Assembly (NCBI GenBank): GCA_964396185.1
Contig: CAYNEI010000001.1
Coordinates: 12,014 to 76,013 of the forward strand
Length of the DNA stretch: 64,000 nucleotides
Origin: an uncultured Thermoplasmatales archaeon
GTDB lineage: Archaea; Thermoplasmatota; SW-10-69-26
Direction: 5' to 3'
The position numbers and the translations under genes were made by a program. Of this stretch, positions 60,492 to 64,000 are shown in pieces. The notes under the pieces are model-generated. The model did not search any database, had not been told where the DNA came from, and saw only the letters and a list, made by a program, of their open reading frames with translations. The number at the start of each line of letters is the position of its first letter. The first letter of the stretch is position 1.

Positions 60492-62921
60492 ATGAAGAAG
60501 ACGTTCATCATCTTGATCGGGCTGACGATGGTACTCACCACCGTCCCCGCCAGTTTCGCAGAGCACAACACCATCGGGTACGGCACCACCGCCGGCAGCC
60601 CGGATCCTGTCCCAAGCGACGAGCCGGATGTCCGAGATGGGGGTCTCCCCGTCTACCACGCCGGCGCGACCCCGCCGACTGGCAGCCCGACCGCCGCGTT
60701 CGAAGGGACCTACCCGCGCATCTCGCCGCCCGACCAGAGCGGTCTGGGCATGGGCGAGTGGATCGGGTTCATCGACGGTGTCGTCGAGTACCCGGGCCAG
60801 CTCGCCATCACGCCGACCAACCCCAACGACCCGCTCTACCGGGTCAGCCCCGGCGACGATGAGAACTGCGAGACCAATGAGCAGAAGCTGGATACGGGGG
60901 AGAACCCCGCCGACCCGAGCGACGATCCGTGCGCTGGAACCGACCACCGGACCGCGGTTCGCGTCCACTACGGTCACCTCTACCAGCAGCACAACATGGA
61001 TCATGTGAGCCCCGTTCTGAGCGATGACCCGCTCAGCGGGTTCCTGTTCCCTGGCTTGTACAACATGTACGTCTACCTGTTCGGGGATGGCACCAGCGAC
61101 CACCGCGCTGGCGAGGGTGCGTTCGACTACCTCCCAGCGAGCCTCTGCGACGACCACCTGGCCAAGCTCGGGATCACGAACAACCTGCCAGTTGAGGGCG
61201 ACCACGGCAAGTGCAGGCTCATCACTGCAGACGACCTGGAGAACCCGCTCGGGCTCGACGAGACCGACGCGCTGGGTACGCCGCAGAAGCCGAAGGTGTG
61301 CTCGTTCGCCCCCTGGTTCTTCGAGACCGGCAGCGACCCCAACCCCCCGGTCTGCCAGTTCGAGATCCCGGACTTCGTTGACAGCGAGGGAACGTTCTAC
61401 ATCTCGAACAAGCCCGGCTGGTACGACCCGATCCCGTACATCGACCAGTTCGGCAGCTTCGTCAACCACCCGGAAGGGATGACCGCCGACGGGATCCGCA
61501 GCGATCTGACCTACGGTCACTTCTCGTTCTACGTGAACCCGGTGCGACCCGCCGGTGCGCTGCGCTGCGCGGCCCCGCCGATCTCCACGTTCGCCGACGA
61601 CGCGCTGGACAGCGGCGTGAGCTTCGACGAGGAGACCGGGAAGTGGACCACCTCGGACGCTCCAGAGTTCGAGTACATCGTCGAGGCCTACGACATCGAC
61701 CTGTACACCGCCATCGATTCCACCCCGGCCCAGGAGCTTGTCCAACAAGTCCAGGACCTGATCCCCGATCTGCCCGAGCCGATCGAACAGCTCATCGAGG
61801 CAGTCGAGGACGAGGCGGACACGGTGCTCGATCCAGCCTCCGAGGCGAGTGGCCGGCTCTTCCCGTACACCCTGAACCGCGCAGAGCCGAACAGCGATGA
61901 GGACAACTCATTCACGCTCGAGCGCGCATCGGATGTGCCGCTGGGTGTCTGCCTTGACGGGCTCAACGACCCCGCCGAGGTCGATGGCGAATCGCCCAAC
62001 TTCCTGAACTACATCCAGGCCACCTACACCACAGGCCAGACTTTCAACGGCCTCGTGCTCCACGACTACACGGAGCTCGACGAGAGCGGCCTGCCCCGGG
62101 ATGCCGACGAGCAAGGCTACAACCCGTGGAACCCCAACACGTACTCGTTCAACGGCGACGTCATGGGTTTCCTGGACCGCAACCCCGATGGCGAGTTCAA
62201 CGGGTGCCCGACCTCGGGCAACCAGCCCACGCCGAGCCAGGACATCTGTGAGGCTTTGATCGTGTGGGACGTCAACAACGAGAACAGCGAGATCCAATCC
62301 GTCGAAACACCAACCTGGGCAGCCCAGAACGGCTGGGACTCCTTCACCGGGCTCTACTTCACCCTGAAGGTCACCGGCCCGGTGGCCACCTACGACGCCG
62401 AGAATACCCCGAACGAGAACCAGGCCGTGTTCGAGGATCGGACCCAGGTGCTCGAGAGCCCGGGCCAGAATTGCATCGTGGGTACCAGCAAGGGCCTACT
62501 CGACGACGCGACCACGGCCACGCGGTTCATGGAGATCATCGGCGCCGAGGGCCAGACCGCCAGCGAAGCGAACATCCTCGCGACCCTCTGCGGCGGCGCT
62601 GACGGGGACACCGCGTTGATCCGTGACGCGTTCTTCGACCAGAACGACGAGGGCGACTTCGCGGCCGCCTTCGAGTGGGTCAAGCTCGCCCCCACCCCCG
62701 AGGGCACCCACCCAGATACCGGCGACGGGCTCACGCTCAACGCCGTGCTCACGGTGGTCGCCGACGGGGACACCCTGACCGGGGACAACCTGGACCTGGC
62801 CTCGTTCGAGGAGCCCACGCCGACCCTCAAGAGCGTTTGGGAGGACGACGGGGACAAGACGTTCGTGTGGACCGACCACGACGCCTTCGACTCGGATCCC
62901 TACCAGCCCGACGAGGAGTGA
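60492..62921 (+). CDS. array paralog 5: ~800-aa acidic secreted protein, unknown family (EHN subtype)
   Basis: 809-aa ORF. ATG 9 nt after GGAGG. Signal MKKTFIILIGLTMVLTTVPASFA|EHN. All family blocks present. Confidence 0.85.
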   Translation: MKKTFIILIGLTMVLTTVPASFAEHNTIGYGTTAGSPDPVPSDEPDVRDGGLPVYHAGATPPTGSPTAAFEGTYPRISPPDQSGLGMGEWIGFIDGVVEYPGQLAITPTNPNDPLYRVSPGDDENCETNEQKLDTGENPADPSDDPCAGTDHRTAVRVHYGHLYQQHNMDHVSPVLSDDPLSGFLFPGLYNMYVYLFGDGTSDHRAGEGAFDYLPASLCDDHLAKLGITNNLPVEGDHGKCRLITADDLENPLGLDETDALGTPQKPKVCSFAPWFFETGSDPNPPVCQFEIPDFVDSEGTFYISNKPGWYDPIPYIDQFGSFVNHPEGMTADGIRSDLTYGHFSFYVNPVRPAGALRCAAPPISTFADDALDSGVSFDEETGKWTTSDAPEFEYIVEAYDIDLYTAIDSTPAQELVQQVQDLIPDLPEPIEQLIEAVEDEADTVLDPASEASGRLFPYTLNRAEPNSDEDNSFTLERASDVPLGVCLDGLNDPAEVDGESPNFLNYIQATYTTGQTFNGLVLHDYTELDESGLPRDADEQGYNPWNPNTYSFNGDVMGFLDRNPDGEFNGCPTSGNQPTPSQDICEALIVWDVNNENSEIQSVETPTWAAQNGWDSFTGLYFTLKVTGPVATYDAENTPNENQAVFEDRTQVLESPGQNCIVGTSKGLLDDATTATRFMEIIGAEGQTASEANILATLCGGADGDTALIRDAFFDQNDEGDFAAAFEWVKLAPTPEGTHPDTGDGLTLNAVLTVVADGDTLTGDNLDLASFEEPTPTLKSVWEDDGDKTFVWTDHDAFDSDPYQPDEE

Positions 62922-62940
62922 GGTTCCTCGCCACCTCTTC

Positions 62941-62985
62941 GGCCCGCGCCCGGTGCGCGGGCCGATCCCTTTTCTTCTTCTCTCG
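62941..62985 (+). terminator. GC hairpin plus T-rich tail
   Basis: GGCCCGCGC-ccggt-GCGCGGGCC (9-bp arms) followed by GATCCCTTTTCTTCTTCTC, 20 nt after the stop. Confidence 0.55.
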
Positions 62986-63205
62986 ATGCCGTGCCAGCGG
63001 TCGCTCTCATCACCGCGCCGGCAGGCGCGCCCCAGCGCGGCCACGGGCCGCGAACCCTCGGCGGGGATGCTCGTCATCCCCGAAACAGCAGTCCTCGCCG
63101 TGATACACCGCCCGGTTCACGAGAAAAGTTATAAACACTCAATGAGTCCCTCCTTTGTAGGCCCCGATATGGGAGTCGGAGCCACCCTACCATGGAGGTA
63201 TGGAT

Positions 63206-64000
63206 ATGAGGCAAGCAATCGTCGTTCTCGTAGGACTAGCCATGGTCCTCGGAACCGCGGGACTCGCGGCGGCCACGCACAACAACGTTGGTGCGCGGTT
63301 CATCGTCGGGACCCCGGATCCGATGCCCACGGTCGAGCCAGATACGTCAGATGACCTTCTTCCGATCTACCACTCAGCGGACCCATCCAACACGGATGTG
63401 TCCCAGGATCCGCCGTTCTTCGGAACGTACGAGCGGATCTCGCCTGCCGACCAGACCGGTCTCGGCCTGGGCGACTGGGTTGGGTACATCAACGGCGTCG
63501 TCGAGGCGCCAGGACCAGGGTTCCCGCACTGCGCGGCATTCAACCCTGACTTCGCCTGCAACCACGTCAACGACCCGCTCTACCGTGTCAACCCATCCGC
63601 CAGCGATGAGAACACGGAGTGCGAGAGCATCGAGGACAACCAGAAGCTCGGCGAAGATGAAACCGACCCGAACGACGATCCATGCGCAGGCGAGGGCCAC
63701 TTCATGCAGGTGGACATCTGGCCGGGCGTGCGCGTCCAGCCCCAGCACTTCGACGAGACCGGAGGCGCTACTGGATCACCGGACAACAGCGGCACCATCC
63801 TGCCGGGCCTGTACGGCTTCTACCTCTACCTGTTCGGCGACGGCATCGGCGTTGCCGCTGGCCAAGGGAGCTTCGACTACCTGCCGACCAACCTCTGTGA
63901 GGTGGGCGCCGGCTTCGGCGGTGCGTTCGAAGACGGTTCGAACAAGCCATGCAACCTGATCCACCCCTCAGACTTGGCTGACCACGATGATCGAACGCAT
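63206..64000 (+). CDS. array paralog 6 (5' partial; runs off the window): acidic secreted protein, HHN/THN subtype
   Basis: Not in the ORF track because the frame stays open to the window end. ATG at 63206, 8 nt after GGAGG. Hand translation: MRQAIVVLVGLAMVLGTAGLAAA|THNNVGARFIVGTPDPMP...YERISPADQTGLGLGDWVGYINGVVE...DPLYRVNP...WPGVRVQPQHFD...YLYLFGDG...FDYLPTNLC. A TATA-like TTATAAA lies at 63129. Confidence 0.8.
   Translation, partial: MRQAIVVLVGLAMVLGTAGLAAATHNNVGARFIVGTPDPMPTVEPDTSDDLLPIYHSADPSNTDVSQDPPFFGTYERISPADQTGLGLGDWVGYINGVVEAPGPGFPHCAAFNPDFACNHVNDPLYRVNPSASDENTECESIEDNQKLGEDETDPNDDPCAGEGHFMQVDIWPGVRVQPQHFDETGGATGSPDNSGTILPGLYGFYLYLFGDGIGVAAGQGSFDYLPTNLCEVGAGFGGAFEDGSNKPCNLIHPSDLADHDDRTH

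Noticed and set aside
63288-63959. Track ORF 63288..63959 (223 aa) and other alternative-frame ORFs inside the array genes (for example 57186..57758, 58583..59224, 55879..56322).
   Set aside because: They are out of frame with the clearly homologous paralog frame. At 63206 onward the true frame stays open to the window end, which is why it is absent from the track. Their translations are Arg/Pro/Ser/Thr-rich shadows.

Overview
GC-rich 64-kb window with an archaeal gene set: diphthine synthase, tRNA-splicing endonuclease EndA, Cbf5, RNase P protein component 4, a SAMP-like ubiquitin-fold protein ending in GG, a PGF-CTERM blue-copper protein, and AT-rich TATA-type promoters with leaderless or overlap-coupled genes. 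Very acidic proteins plus bacterial-type lipid genes (PlsC-like, FadD-like, FabG-like) suggest a planktonic Thermoplasmatota / Marine Group II-like euryarchaeon, but that assignment is inference. The window holds housekeeping genes (purS-purL-purQ-endA, pyk, tmk, cbf5, trm5, dph5), three tRNAs (Thr-UGU, Thr-GGU, Glu-UUC) and three solitary AAA+ ATPase genes with nuclease-like C-termini. It also holds a 2368-aa surface protein, several secreted or lipobox proteins, and toxin-antitoxin material (a complete AbiEi/AbiEii pair, an orphan UPF0175 antitoxin, a decayed vapBC). The most unusual part is 49.3-64.0 kb. A low-GC gene for a Cys-rich secreted protein is followed by a same-strand tandem array of at least six paralogous genes for ~800-aa acidic secreted proteins that I cannot place in any family. 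Each has its own AT-rich upstream element, a GGAGG Shine-Dalgarno and, after four of the five complete copies, a hairpin terminator. All five intact N-termini predict an X-His-Asn mature end. The first copy is decayed, two neighbours share a 299-nt perfectly identical tract, and a dead vapBC sits inside the array. A ~350-nt highly structured repeat-bearing region next to tRNA-Thr(GGU) is a second unexplained element. All family calls come from motif recognition by eye; no searches were run. Long antisense ORFs in the track are treated as GC-driven shadows.
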